The notes below the pieces were generated by a model. The model searched no databases. It was not told the origin of the DNA and saw nothing but the letters and a program-made list of their open reading frames with translations. Shown one piece after another: positions 9,291-17,691 of a stretch of DNA of 64,000 nucleotides. Numbering within the stretch: position 1 is the first letter of the stretch; the number at the start of each line of letters is the position of its first letter. A program made the position numbers and the translations under genes. The stretch comes from Dehalococcoidia bacterium (GTDB lineage Bacteria > Chloroflexota > Dehalococcoidia > Plut-88900), in the NCBI GenBank assembly GCA_965207225.1, contig CBDBLV010000005.1, positions 160,001 through 224,000 of the forward strand. The letters run 5' to 3'.

Positions 9291-9352
9291 CTCCGCCCTC
9301 CGCTCATATTTCGACTATGCTCGGTGTGAGCGGGCCTGCACCGCGGGAGGGT

Positions 9353-9445
9353 ATCACCCTCACCCTAGCCCTCTCCCCTCAAGGGAGAGGGAACAGGACC
9401 CCGCCCCGCATCCCGGGATGGATTCCCGATCGGGGTCGGGAATGA
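9353..9445 (+). repeat. Repeat families D (CACCCTCACCC..CCCTCTCCC..GGGAGAGGG) and B (GATGGATTCCCGATCGGGGTCGGGAATGA)
   Basis: D recurs at ~12945, 16879, 51676, 63321. B recurs at ~13163, 19892, 27401, 28250, 28291, 34832, 43741, 46560, 48060. Confidence 0.85.
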
Positions 9446-9494
9446 GGGAAGGTGAGATAATGTTGGGGAGCGCGGTTCGACAAGGAGAGTTTCC

Positions 9495-9845
9495 ATGAGC
9501 AAGAAGAGAATTTTCAACTGGGATGATGTGACGGCCCTGCCTCCCAACGACCAGTATCCGGGGATAAGGGCGAAGATTGTGGACGGCAAGAACATGCAGC
9601 TGGTGTGGGCGGAGTTTCAGCCCGGCAGCGTCTACCCCCTCCACACCCATGAGCGGGAGCAGTTCAGCTTCATGTTGAGCGGCCGGATGAGGCTGACTGT
9701 CGGGGATGAGGTGTCGGAGATCGGGGTGGGGGATATGTGGTACGCCCCGGGGAACGTGGTCCACGGGGGCGAGATCCTGGGAGACGAGCCGGTGGTCTTC
9801 GTGGACGTGTACTCGCCGCCTGCGGAGGAGTTCAAGGAGGCGTAG
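9495..9845 (+). CDS. Cupin domain protein (copy 2)
   Basis: PLHTHEREQ, APGNVVHG; highly similar to 8898-9290. Confidence 0.9.
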   Translation: MSKKRIFNWDDVTALPPNDQYPGIRAKIVDGKNMQLVWAEFQPGSVYPLHTHEREQFSFMLSGRMRLTVGDEVSEIGVGDMWYAPGNVVHGGEILGDEPVVFVDVYSPPAEEFKEA

Positions 9846-9847
9846 GG

Positions 9848-9992
9848 GAACCCTCACCCCCTTTGTCCCCCTCTCCCCCGTATCGGGGTACGGGGCAGGC
9901 TCTTAGGGCCAATAAGGGAGAGGGAGAGATAAGAATAGAGGCATACGCATGAGCTTCGCCCATGCGTATGCCTCTAGTTCAATATTGGGGGA
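9848..9992 (+). repeat. Composite repeat family G (fixed hairpin + variable-stem hairpin + AGTTC tail) with a nested insert
   Basis: Same architecture at ~12750, 14841, 42170, 44609, 44737. Confidence 0.8.
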
Positions 9993-10005
9993 GGAGGTGG
10001 GGGTG

Positions 10006-11151
10006 TCAGTAGACGCCGGGTAGGATGCGGTATTTGACCCGGGACTTGTACTCGGCCCACTTCTCGGGGCCGTATTTTTCGGCGCAATGCCTGTCGTCGT
10101 CACGCTGACGGAATGTAAACAGGGTGACGATGAAGGCCATGTATATCCAGGACCACGCAACGCCGAAGTGGCCGAAGGACAGGGCGATGGACAGGGAAAG
10201 AAAGCCCTCGCCGAGGTAGTTGAAGTGCCGGGCGACGCCCCAGAAGCCACTGTGAAGGATCTTGCGGTCGCCTGCCTGGATGTATTTCGGCTCGATGAGG
10301 CCCAGGAACTTGCGGTCGGGCCAACGTTTGAAGGTGTATTTCTGCATATTGGCGCCGCGTGAGATGGTCCAGCCAAGGAGGAAGAGGGCGGCGGTCCCGA
10401 TGAGCCAGACATAGGTCCATGTCGTGGAGAAACCGGGGTCGGGATAGGCGGCCATGCCCCAGAGCGGGAGGATGAAAAGCCATCCGTAGACGATCAGGCC
10501 GCCCCAGAAGAGCATGAAGCCGAGCCTTTCGTGGATAAGGTCGTAGGTGTAGAGCTGGACGCGCTCGAAGATGAAGTAGTCCAGGATGTAGAAGGTGAAG
10601 AAAGCGGCGTAGAGGTAGACGCCGGGATTGGTGTCGTCGCCGAAGCGCTCGTGGTGGTAGGCGGCGCCGGAGAGGGCGTTGAGCGCGAGCATAGTCCCGC
10701 CAACGACATAGAAGTACATCTTGACGTCGAGGCGGTTGTTGAAGAAGGAGAGCTCCCGGGCGCGGCCGGTCCAAAGGGCGGCGATGGGGTTCCTGTTCTT
10801 GCCCTGGGGCTGACTGAATACGGCGATGATGGCGAAAATGGTGGTGAAGACGGTGCCACCGGCCACGGCGTAGATGGATGAACGGTAGAACCAGTCCCGG
10901 GATATCCCGATGGGCTCGAAGGCGAAGGCCCACACGAGGATGGCGATGATGAATACGAGGAGGCCGTTGAGGCGGTACTGTCGGGGCTGACCGGTGTCGG
11001 GGTTGATGACGTAGCCCGGGACCCGTCTTGCGGGCAGGATGATCTGGGCGAGGAAAAAGGCGGCGAAGACGGCCAGCGGTGTGAAGAAGCCGGCGATGGC
11101 CTCCGTGCGGGAAAGCTCTACAAGGTGCTCAATACCGAGCCATTCGATCAA
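10006..11151 (-). CDS. ERG4/ERG24-family sterol reductase-like membrane protein
   Basis: YRLNGL, ERLGFMLFWG, RGANMQKYTFK, SGFWGVARHFNYLGE, RQRDDDRHCAEKYG, VKYRILPGVY. Confidence 0.85.
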   Translation of the reverse strand: MIEWLGIEHLVELSRTEAIAGFFTPLAVFAAFFLAQIILPARRVPGYVINPDTGQPRQYRLNGLLVFIIAILVWAFAFEPIGISRDWFYRSSIYAVAGGTVFTTIFAIIAVFSQPQGKNRNPIAALWTGRARELSFFNNRLDVKMYFYVVGGTMLALNALSGAAYHHERFGDDTNPGVYLYAAFFTFYILDYFIFERVQLYTYDLIHERLGFMLFWGGLIVYGWLFILPLWGMAAYPDPGFSTTWTYVWLIGTAALFLLGWTISRGANMQKYTFKRWPDRKFLGLIEPKYIQAGDRKILHSGFWGVARHFNYLGEGFLSLSIALSFGHFGVAWSWIYMAFIVTLFTFRQRDDDRHCAEKYGPEKWAEYKSRVKYRILPGVY

Positions 11152-11256
11152 GGGGTGACCTCCGTGCCTCGGGTGTGGGGAAGATTATGGGGGTGGGGAG
11201 GGGGGAGGTCAACGATTGGATAGGCGGTAGTCTATGGGCGATACTGTGGGAAAGGA

Positions 11257-12243
11257 ATGAGAAAGAAAATTGACATGGGAAACCTAGAATTGTTCATAAA
11301 TGGAACCGATATCTCGCAATATTTGGATGCTTGGTTTCAATCTGAAGAAACAGGGTCGGAATGGACGGTACATGTTGGTTTGACTCACAACAGCTATACA
11401 TCGGGGCTGTTGGGTCCATTGAATGGCCGGAAAGTCTGCGCCTGTTATCGGTTGAATACTGGCGAAGTTAGTGGGCCTTGGTCTTCAGGGAAGGCAGAAC
11501 TTAACTGGCGCCATACGAGAATTGGTACAGAAGAGGTCATATTGCATGGCGTGGGACGATTGAAGAAAGACAAAGACGGATCCAAGATTCCTAATACACC
11601 TGTCACTGCGAGAGTCAGTAAATTGATGTTCTCGGAAGGTAAGGTAATCGAAAGAGAGGAAGAGGAAGGAACAATCACTGTTGTTGAAGAAAACCCACAG
11701 GAGAAGGCCAAGAGAAAGGCAGAAATAGAGGCTGCTCAAGAGGCTCAAATTCAAGCAATAACTAGTCCGGAATTTATTTTATTTCTAGCAAAAAGCGCGC
11801 AAATCTCCTATCAATTGCTCTACGACACAGGAAAATTGGATCATTACAGAGAACTTTCCTATTCCTCCTTTATTTTTCTTCCCCTCTCGATCGAATATTT
11901 CTTGAAGTATTTGATACGTAGGAGCAGTGGCTCGCTTAGGAGAGAGCACAAAATTCATAAACTACTTGCACTATTCGACTACCTTTCGTTCGATTTACAA
12001 GACTCCATAGACGAGGAATTCAAGAAGGAACTGAGGAAAATAGGAAGGGACAGAACATTTCAAGACCTTCGGGTTTTTCTGATGAAAACACAGGATAGCT
12101 TTACAGCAATCCGATATTTGTTCGAACTTCACAATGCAACGGAATCGAGGCATCTACTTAGGCCCGAAAACATTGCGGTTTTGACCTGCGTGCTCAATGC
12201 CGTTGAGAGCGTAAGTAGGACAATAGGAGCCGTCGACTCCTAG
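11257..12243 (+). CDS. Hypothetical protein with a probable C-terminal HEPN-like domain
   Basis: LSIEYFLKY...HKIHKLLALF...FTAIRY pattern; low GC. Confidence 0.55.
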   Translation: MRKKIDMGNLELFINGTDISQYLDAWFQSEETGSEWTVHVGLTHNSYTSGLLGPLNGRKVCACYRLNTGEVSGPWSSGKAELNWRHTRIGTEEVILHGVGRLKKDKDGSKIPNTPVTARVSKLMFSEGKVIEREEEEGTITVVEENPQEKAKRKAEIEAAQEAQIQAITSPEFILFLAKSAQISYQLLYDTGKLDHYRELSYSSFIFLPLSIEYFLKYLIRRSSGSLRREHKIHKLLALFDYLSFDLQDSIDEEFKKELRKIGRDRTFQDLRVFLMKTQDSFTAIRYLFELHNATESRHLLRPENIAVLTCVLNAVESVSRTIGAVDS

Positions 12244-12404
12244 GAACCCTTCCGTGGTTGTCAGTTTCACACCTAGCCTATTTATCCAGCCTGAGCCGAA
12301 CAACGGTTGAACCCACGAAGATTGAGAGAGTGATGGACACATAACTTGTCATGCCTCCTTAACAACACTCAATTCGAGGAGACTTTGTGAATCGGGGCGC
12401 AATG

Positions 12405-12434
12405 TTGACATAAGCTTTTTGGGGGGTTTATGCT
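12405..12434 (+). promoter_or_regulatory. Sigma70-type promoter
   Basis: TTGACA (12405-12410), 18 bp, TATGCT (12429-12434). Confidence 0.6.
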
Positions 12435-12440
12435 GGCTTC

Positions 12441-12743
12441 ACCCTAGGGACTACGGGTAAAGGGACCCGAGAAAGGAGAGGCGAATGAAACGGTTACATC
12501 TGCTGATTGTTCGTCTCGAAATCGACTGTAACGGCCCCGCCGGAGACCCGGGGATGGGCGGCAGTGATATGGGAGAGTCTCCGGCGGGGAGTCGGAAGGC
12601 TGTCTCCCAGCCCTAAGGCAACAGCTCCCTCAGTGTGAAAGCTCATCCGGTTTCGAGCACCGGGGTAACAAGGCCAGGGACAGCCAGCAGTATTTTTGTC
12701 TCACAGAAAGGCCCGGGGAATGGCACCCGGGCCTTTCGCTTTT
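12441..12743 (+). ncRNA. Candidate stand-alone structured RNA, containing a 43-codon ORF at 12485-12616
   Basis: Bounded by a promoter and a terminator. Stems 12535-12547/12577-12589 and 12598-12604/12679-12685, with inner hairpins. No same-strand gene downstream. Confidence 0.45.
12706..12743 (+). terminator. Rho-independent terminator
   Basis: GAAAGGCCCGGG-loop-CCCGGGCCTTTC followed by GCTTTT. Confidence 0.75.
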
Positions 12744-12749
12744 GTGCGT

Positions 12750-13370
12750 GGGAGGGGGAGAGAAGAACAGAGGCAGACGCCCTGTGCTCCAGCACAGGGC
12801 GTCTGCCTCTAGTTCGGTACTGGGGAAGGGAACCCCGCCACCCCAGGGTTAAGTGGAGTCCCGCCCACCCGCCCTGGTTTATTGAATTATCAGAAATGCT
12901 GCCAAGCAGCATTTCTGATAATTCGTTGCCAAGGGGGAAGGGGGATCACCCTCACCCCAGCCCTCTCCCGTCGAGGGAGAGGGGGTTAGGACACCCCGCC
13001 CTAGATTCCTCGCGGGGCCTCGGGATGGGGGGATGGTCGATGGGGAGGGCGTACGAGACGGATTGGCAAGGCGAGGGCCTCCGGGTGAGCGGCCCCGCAA
13101 CCCGGGGAGGGCGACCAGCCGGTCGCCCCTACGGGGAACGAGGACGATCCCCATCCCCAAGGGATGGATTCCCGATCGGGGGCGGGAATGACGGGGAGGG
13201 GTGGGGGTAGGTATGGAGGGGGCTGGCGACTAGGAGAATGTGGGCCGCCCCCCGCTCGACCCTTCGAGTGGGGGGCGGCCCCGCAACCCGGGGGGCGACC
13301 AGCCGGTCGCCCCTACGGAAAGCCGGTACGGGCACCCCCGGAATCTTAGCGGGGAATCGAGATGACGGGA
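12750..13370 (+). repeat. Large modular repeat array (families G, F, D, A, C, E, B, C, E)
   Basis: Consecutive recognisable copies of the window-wide repeat families; no credible CDS. Confidence 0.85.
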
Positions 13371-13381
13371 GAGGGAGGGGG

Positions 13382-13648
13382 TTAGAGGTTTGAGAGGAGG
13401 GTGAAGATTGTGGGGGCGGTGTGTTGGGCCTGAGCTTTGAGTTCCTTGAGGTCTTCGAATGAGGCCATCATGAGGCCCCGGCCGAAGCGGGGCCCGTGGT
13501 AGTAGCAGAAGCGGAGGGACTCCTCGCCGTCTTCGTAGCGGAGGAGCTGGATGGTGGGCTCCCAGTGGGGTCGAAGGACGCTGACTTCCTCGACGACCTG
13601 GCCCTTGCCCCAGGGGAATTCGAAGGGTCTGGGTAGTTTGCGATCCAT
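13382..13648 (-). CDS. Hypothetical protein (88 aa)
   Basis: ATG at 13648 just after ruvA; globular-looking sequence WGKGQVVEEV...EPTIQLL...LRFCYY. Confidence 0.6.
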   Translation of the reverse strand: MDRKLPRPFEFPWGKGQVVEEVSVLRPHWEPTIQLLRYEDGEESLRFCYYHGPRFGRGLMMASFEDLKELKAQAQHTAPTIFTLLSNL

Positions 13649-13662
13649 GGTGCGGGCCTCGC

Positions 13663-14244
13663 TCAGGTTGCGCCCATGCGCTGGAGCACGGCCATGACTT
13701 TTTCTTCGAGGGGAGCGGCGGGGTCGATGTTCACGCCTGCCAGGGCGGTGCGGGCCTCGGAAGGCTGGTAGCCAAGCGCCGAGAGGGCGGCGACGACTTC
13801 GTCGAGGTCGGGGCTTGGGGATACGGCGATCTCTCCCCACTCCCGCTCCATCTTGCCCTTGAGCTCCAGGACCAGTCGGCCGGCGGTCTTATTGCCCAGG
13901 CCATTGACCCGGGTGAGGGCGGGAATGTCGTCGGAGCTGATGGCGCGGGCGAGGTCACGGGGGGACATTGCGGATAGGACGGCGAGGGCGAGTCTCGGGC
14001 CGACCCCAGAGACGCCGATGAGCATGATAAAGAGTTCCCGCTCCTCCAGGGTTGCGAAGCCGTAGAGGGACAGCACCTCTTCCCTTATGTACAGGTAAGT
14101 GTGGAGGCGGACGGGTTGTCCGGTCGGGCCGAGGGCGCCGATGGTGGAGGTCGGGGCGAAGACCTCGAGGCTGAGGGGGCCGATGTCTATGGTGAGGGCG
14201 TCGTCGGAGACGGCTTCGAGTGTGCCCCTGAGTCCGGTAATCAT
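13663..14244 (-). CDS. ruvA: Holliday junction branch migration protein RuvA
   Basis: MITGLRG, LYGF, VSGVGPRLALAVLS, GLGNKTAGRLVLELKGK, ALSALGY. Confidence 0.95.
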   Translation of the reverse strand: MITGLRGTLEAVSDDALTIDIGPLSLEVFAPTSTIGALGPTGQPVRLHTYLYIREEVLSLYGFATLEERELFIMLIGVSGVGPRLALAVLSAMSPRDLARAISSDDIPALTRVNGLGNKTAGRLVLELKGKMEREWGEIAVSPSPDLDEVVAALSALGYQPSEARTALAGVNIDPAAPLEEKVMAVLQRMGAT

Positions 14245-14248
14245 GGCG

Positions 14249-14752
14249 TTATCCCTGGGCGCTCTCGGCGATGAGTCGGGCCTGGGCGCTTTCCTGGATG
14301 TGGCAGAGGGCGACGGCCACGGCATCGGAAGCGTCAAGGGAGTCCGGGAAGGAGTCGAGGTCGAGCTGGAGCCGGACCATCTCCCGGACCTGCTCCTTGT
14401 CGCTGCCCCCGTGACCCGTGACGGCGAGTTTCACCTGCCGGGGGCTGTAGTGGAAGACCCGGGCGCCGGCGCCCGAGGCGGCGAGGAGGGCCACGGCGTT
14501 GGCCTGCCCTACGAGGATGGCGGAGCGGACGCTCTTGTGGACGAAGGGCTCTTCGACGGCGACTTCGTCGGGGGAGTGAAGGGCTATAAGTTCGTTGAGG
14601 CCTTCAAAGAGGATGTGGAGGCGTTGGTCGACGGGTCGGGAGGAGGGGGCCTTGAGGACGCCGCATGAGAGGAGGGTCGGGCCCTGGGGGTGGTCTTCGA
14701 GGAGGGCGAAGCCCATGTTGAGGGTGCCGGGGTCTACGCCTAGGCATTTCAT
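14249..14752 (-). CDS. ruvC: Crossover junction endodeoxyribonuclease RuvC
   Basis: LGVDPGT, AVEEPF, VKLAVTGHG, DASDAVAVALCH. Confidence 0.95.
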   Translation of the reverse strand: MKCLGVDPGTLNMGFALLEDHPQGPTLLSCGVLKAPSSRPVDQRLHILFEGLNELIALHSPDEVAVEEPFVHKSVRSAILVGQANAVALLAASGAGARVFHYSPRQVKLAVTGHGGSDKEQVREMVRLQLDLDSFPDSLDASDAVAVALCHIQESAQARLIAESAQG

Positions 14753-14840
14753 GGACTTGCCTCTGGCGCTCGGCGAGCGGTGACCTGTGAGGTTGGTGCC
14801 CTGTGAGTCAAGATGTTCACATTTTAGCATTGTGGGAGGG

Positions 14841-15011
14841 GGAACCCTCACCCCCTTGGTCCCTCTCTCCCTTAGGGCCTGTAAGGGAGAGGGGGAGATA
14901 AGAACAGAGGCAGACCCGCTGTGCTTTGGCACAGCGGGTCTGCCTCTAGTTCAGTACTGAGGGGAGGGGGAATGTCCCAACCCCAGATTCCTCGCAGAGC
15001 CTCGGAATGAC
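14841..15011 (+). repeat. Repeat array (family G + family A)
   Basis: GAACCCTCACCCCC...GGGAGAGGGGGAGATAAGAA, hairpin 14906-14947, family A at 14985-15011. Confidence 0.85.
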
Positions 15012-15025
15012 AGGGAAAGCAGGGG

Positions 15026-15784
15026 TTAGTTTTCTTCGCCGTAGCTTTGGAGGGCCTCGGGGGGGAAGTCTGCGTTGGAAAAGATGCGCTGGATATCGTC
15101 CAGGGCCTCCAGCTTGTCCATGAGGCGGAGGGTCTGGAGGGCGCCCTTTTCGTCTAGCTCGATCATGGACTTAGGAATCATGGAGAGCTCTGCGGAGTCG
15201 ATGGCGATTTCCTGACCTTCAAGCTCTTTACGCACGGACTCCAGGGTGTCAGGTCGGGTGTGGACTTCGAGGGTTGAGTCCTCGATCTTGACGTCCTCGG
15301 CGCCGGCGTCGATGGCGACGAGGGCGAGCTCCTCGGGGTCTTCGGAGGCGGGGGTGATCATGATTACGCCCTTGGAGTCGAAATTCCAGGCGACGGAGCC
15401 GGTCTCGCCGAGGTTGCCGCCGTTGCGGGTGAGGGTGCTGCGTACCTCGGCGACGGTGCGGTTCTTGTTGTCGGTGAGGGCCTGAACCATAAGGGCTGCG
15501 CCACCCGGGCCGTAGCCTTCGTAGGTGACCTCGAAAAGGTCGTCGGCGTTGGCGCCGTCGCCCGCGGCGCGCTTGATGGCCCGCTCGATGTTGTCCATGG
15601 GCATGTTGTTGTCGCGTGCCCTCTGGACGGCGAGGCGAAGGTTGAAGTTGGCGTCGGGGTCGGGGCCTCCGCGCTGGACGGCTACGGAGATCTCGCGGCC
15701 AAGCTTGGTGAAGAGCTGGCCTCGGCGGGCGTCGTTAGCCCCCTTCTGTCTCTTGATGGTGGACCATTTGGAGTGTCCCGACAT
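15026..15784 (-). CDS. yebC: YebC/PmpR family protein
   Basis: MSGHSKWSTIKRQKG, YEGYGPGG, TDNKNRT. Confidence 0.95.
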   Translation of the reverse strand: MSGHSKWSTIKRQKGANDARRGQLFTKLGREISVAVQRGGPDPDANFNLRLAVQRARDNNMPMDNIERAIKRAAGDGANADDLFEVTYEGYGPGGAALMVQALTDNKNRTVAEVRSTLTRNGGNLGETGSVAWNFDSKGVIMITPASEDPEELALVAIDAGAEDVKIEDSTLEVHTRPDTLESVRKELEGQEIAIDSAELSMIPKSMIELDEKGALQTLRLMDKLEALDDIQRIFSNADFPPEALQSYGEEN

Positions 15785-15902
15785 GGGCATACCTCCTTCA
15801 ACACTCCAGCAGGGAGTAGGGCTTATGGAGATTATTATAGCGGATGAGGGGTCGTGGGCGACTTAGACGGATGACCAGTGTCAAAATGACTGTAGACCGA
15901 CG

Positions 15903-16322
15903 ATGGAGAAACGAGAAATTACTGATTACCTCGCTGGGGGTGCCCCAGCGACCGAGGTGGATTTGATTGATAGAAGACTGCTAATTGGGGGGAGCGCAAT
16001 GGCCCTGATTCTCACCACGGCCCTAGCCGGCCTTTTTCTCTTCATCCCCCTAATCAGCCCGGAGACTAGCGCCACCTGGGCCGAGTCGGGAACACTTTGC
16101 GGTATGGCATTGGTGGGAGTCGCCTCAGCGGGGGTCACCCTTCAGTCCGCCCGGCATGGTGGGAGGTGGGGATGGGTGGGCCTAGCCCTAGGACTGTTTT
16201 ATCTGGTTGTGCCGTGGACAATCCCCTACTTCGTAGGAGTGGTCCATCTGACCGTTTTACCAGCCGGGTTCACCACTGCGATCGCCGTGGCGAACACGTT
16301 CTCTCGAAGACTGCGGGAATGA
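15903..16322 (+). CDS. Hypothetical membrane protein (about 4 TM segments)
   Basis: Hydrophobic segments; fills the gap between yebC and rimM. Confidence 0.55.
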   Translation: MEKREITDYLAGGAPATEVDLIDRRLLIGGSAMALILTTALAGLFLFIPLISPETSATWAESGTLCGMALVGVASAGVTLQSARHGGRWGWVGLALGLFYLVVPWTIPYFVGVVHLTVLPAGFTTAIAVANTFSRRLRE

Positions 16323-16356
16323 TAATCACCAGACGCCTTTTGAAAGCCCAGAATAG

Positions 16357-16848
16357 TCAAATGACTTCCGTGTCTTCGACGACCATCCGGCCGGCCTGCA
16401 GGTCTATCTCTACTACGAAGTCGGGGAGGACGGGAACGAGTAGCTCGCCGTTGGGGGTCTGGATCAGGTAGACATCGTTGGCCGGGGTTTCGAGAACGTC
16501 CTTGACGGGACCCAGCTCCCGGCCATCCCTGGTGACCGCGAGGAGGCCGATGATCTGGAAGCGGTAGAACTGGCCCTCGGGGAGGGGGTGAAGCTGGGAC
16601 TCAGGGACCTGGAGGAGGGCACCGCGGAGGGTCTCGGCGTCCTCAGGGGTGTCGACGCCCTTGAACTTCAGGACCCAACGGTGCTTCTGGGGTCGGCTGG
16701 CGGTTATTTCGAAGGGCTGGTCATCGAGGAGGAGGGTGCTGCCGGGAGCGAAGCGGTCTGGGAAGTCGGTGAGGGATTCGACGACAACGCGGCCCCGGAG
16801 GCCGAAGGGTTTGATTATCCGGGCGACGGTTATGGGGGAGTCGGGCAT
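16357..16848 (-). CDS. rimM: Ribosome maturation factor RimM
   Basis: KPFGLRG, TDFPDRF, ETPANDVY, LLVP; follows rpsP-khpA. Confidence 0.95.
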   Translation of the reverse strand: MPDSPITVARIIKPFGLRGRVVVESLTDFPDRFAPGSTLLLDDQPFEITASRPQKHRWVLKFKGVDTPEDAETLRGALLQVPESQLHPLPEGQFYRFQIIGLLAVTRDGRELGPVKDVLETPANDVYLIQTPNGELLVPVLPDFVVEIDLQAGRMVVEDTEVI

Positions 16849-16878
16849 GGTGGGGGGATTTTACATGAATGGGGAAGA

Positions 16879-16968
16879 TCGCCCTCACCCCAGCCCTCTC
16901 CCGTCAAGGGAGAGGGGGCCGGAGGCCTCTCTTCGCCACCCCAGATTCCTCGCGGGGCATCGGGATGG
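16879..16968 (+). repeat. Repeat families D + A inside the rpsP-khpA-rimM cluster
   Basis: CCCTCACCCCAGCCCTCTCCCGTCAAGGGAGAGGGG; AGATTCCTCGCGGGGCATCGGGATGG. Confidence 0.8.
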
Positions 16969-17024
16969 TGTGGAAACAGGCGCGGGCTGATGCGGGAGGG
17001 GCAAGGAAAGAGTAGGGGAGGGGG

Positions 17025-17252
17025 CTATACGATTTCGAGGACGGCGCGGACGCCACGCTTGGCGGCGCCGACTCGGAGGAGGGTCCTCATGGCCTGGGCG
17101 ACGCGGCCCTCGCGGCCGATAACCTTGCCCTTGTCGTCTGCGGCGACTTCAAGGCGGATGACGATCCTGTCTTCCTCTTCTTCCTCAGTCACGACAACGG
17201 AGTCGGGATCGTCGGCTATGAATCTGGCAAGGTACTCGATAAGCTCTTTCAC
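17025..17252 (-). CDS. khpA: KH-domain RNA-binding protein KhpA
   Basis: [20 protein letters not shown]; GTGA overlap with rpsP. Confidence 0.92.
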   Translation of the reverse strand: MKELIEYLARFIADDPDSVVVTEEEEEDRIVIRLEVAADDKGKVIGREGRVAQAMRTLLRVGAAKRGVRAVLEIV

Positions 17253-17506
17253 CCGCCCTTAACCTTTTGCAAGGCGCCCGTCCTGTTCAAGAGCTTGGCG
17301 ACGCTATCGGTGGGCTGGGCGCCCTTTCTGAGCCAATCTATCGCCTTTTCTTCGTCGATTGTAAGGGCGGGAGGATCGGGGATGGGGTCATAGTGGCCGA
17401 TATTGTCTACGAAACGGCCGTCCCTTGGGGAGCGGGAGTCGGCGACGACGACCCGGTACTTGGGGTTCTGCTTGGACCCGACTCTTCTGAGTCTTATCTT
17501 GAGCAT
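17249..17506 (-). CDS. rpsP: 30S ribosomal protein S16
   Basis: [35 protein letters not shown]. Confidence 0.97.
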   Translation of the reverse strand: MLKIRLRRVGSKQNPKYRVVVADSRSPRDGRFVDNIGHYDPIPDPPALTIDEEKAIDWLRKGAQPTDSVAKLLNRTGALQKVKGG

Positions 17507-17625
17507 TTGTAAGTTGTCCGATCGAATAGAGGAAAGCCGTGATGGAGGAGTCGGATAATTGCGGCCTTTCCCGGACAGCACCGTCTCGCTGACGGCCCTG
17601 ACCCTCAGTTTGATAGAATTGACGA

Positions 17626-17655
17626 ATTCTAGCCTTGAGAGGGCGTGATTGTCAA
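17626..17655 (-). promoter_or_regulatory. Promoter of the rpsP operon
   Basis: Minus strand TTGACA, 18 bp, TAGAAT. Confidence 0.6.
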
Positions 17656-17691
17656 ACTTGACGCCTGTCTGAATAGGCTGAGGAGCTGCGG

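Noticed and set aside
12505-12605. tRNA-Tyr-like (GACTGTAA) or cobalamin-riboswitch-like (ACTGTAA...GAGTCGGAA) fragments
   Set aside because: No cloverleaf or CCA end, the other B12-box elements are missing, and no downstream gene is present to regulate.
12750-13370. Possible CRISPR array
   Set aside because: Units belong to different repeat families with irregular spacing. There is no constant direct repeat with unique spacers and no cas genes.
17530-17610. SRP RNA near rpsP
   Set aside because: Lacks the conserved CAGG-n-GNAA-n-AGCAG domain IV pattern.
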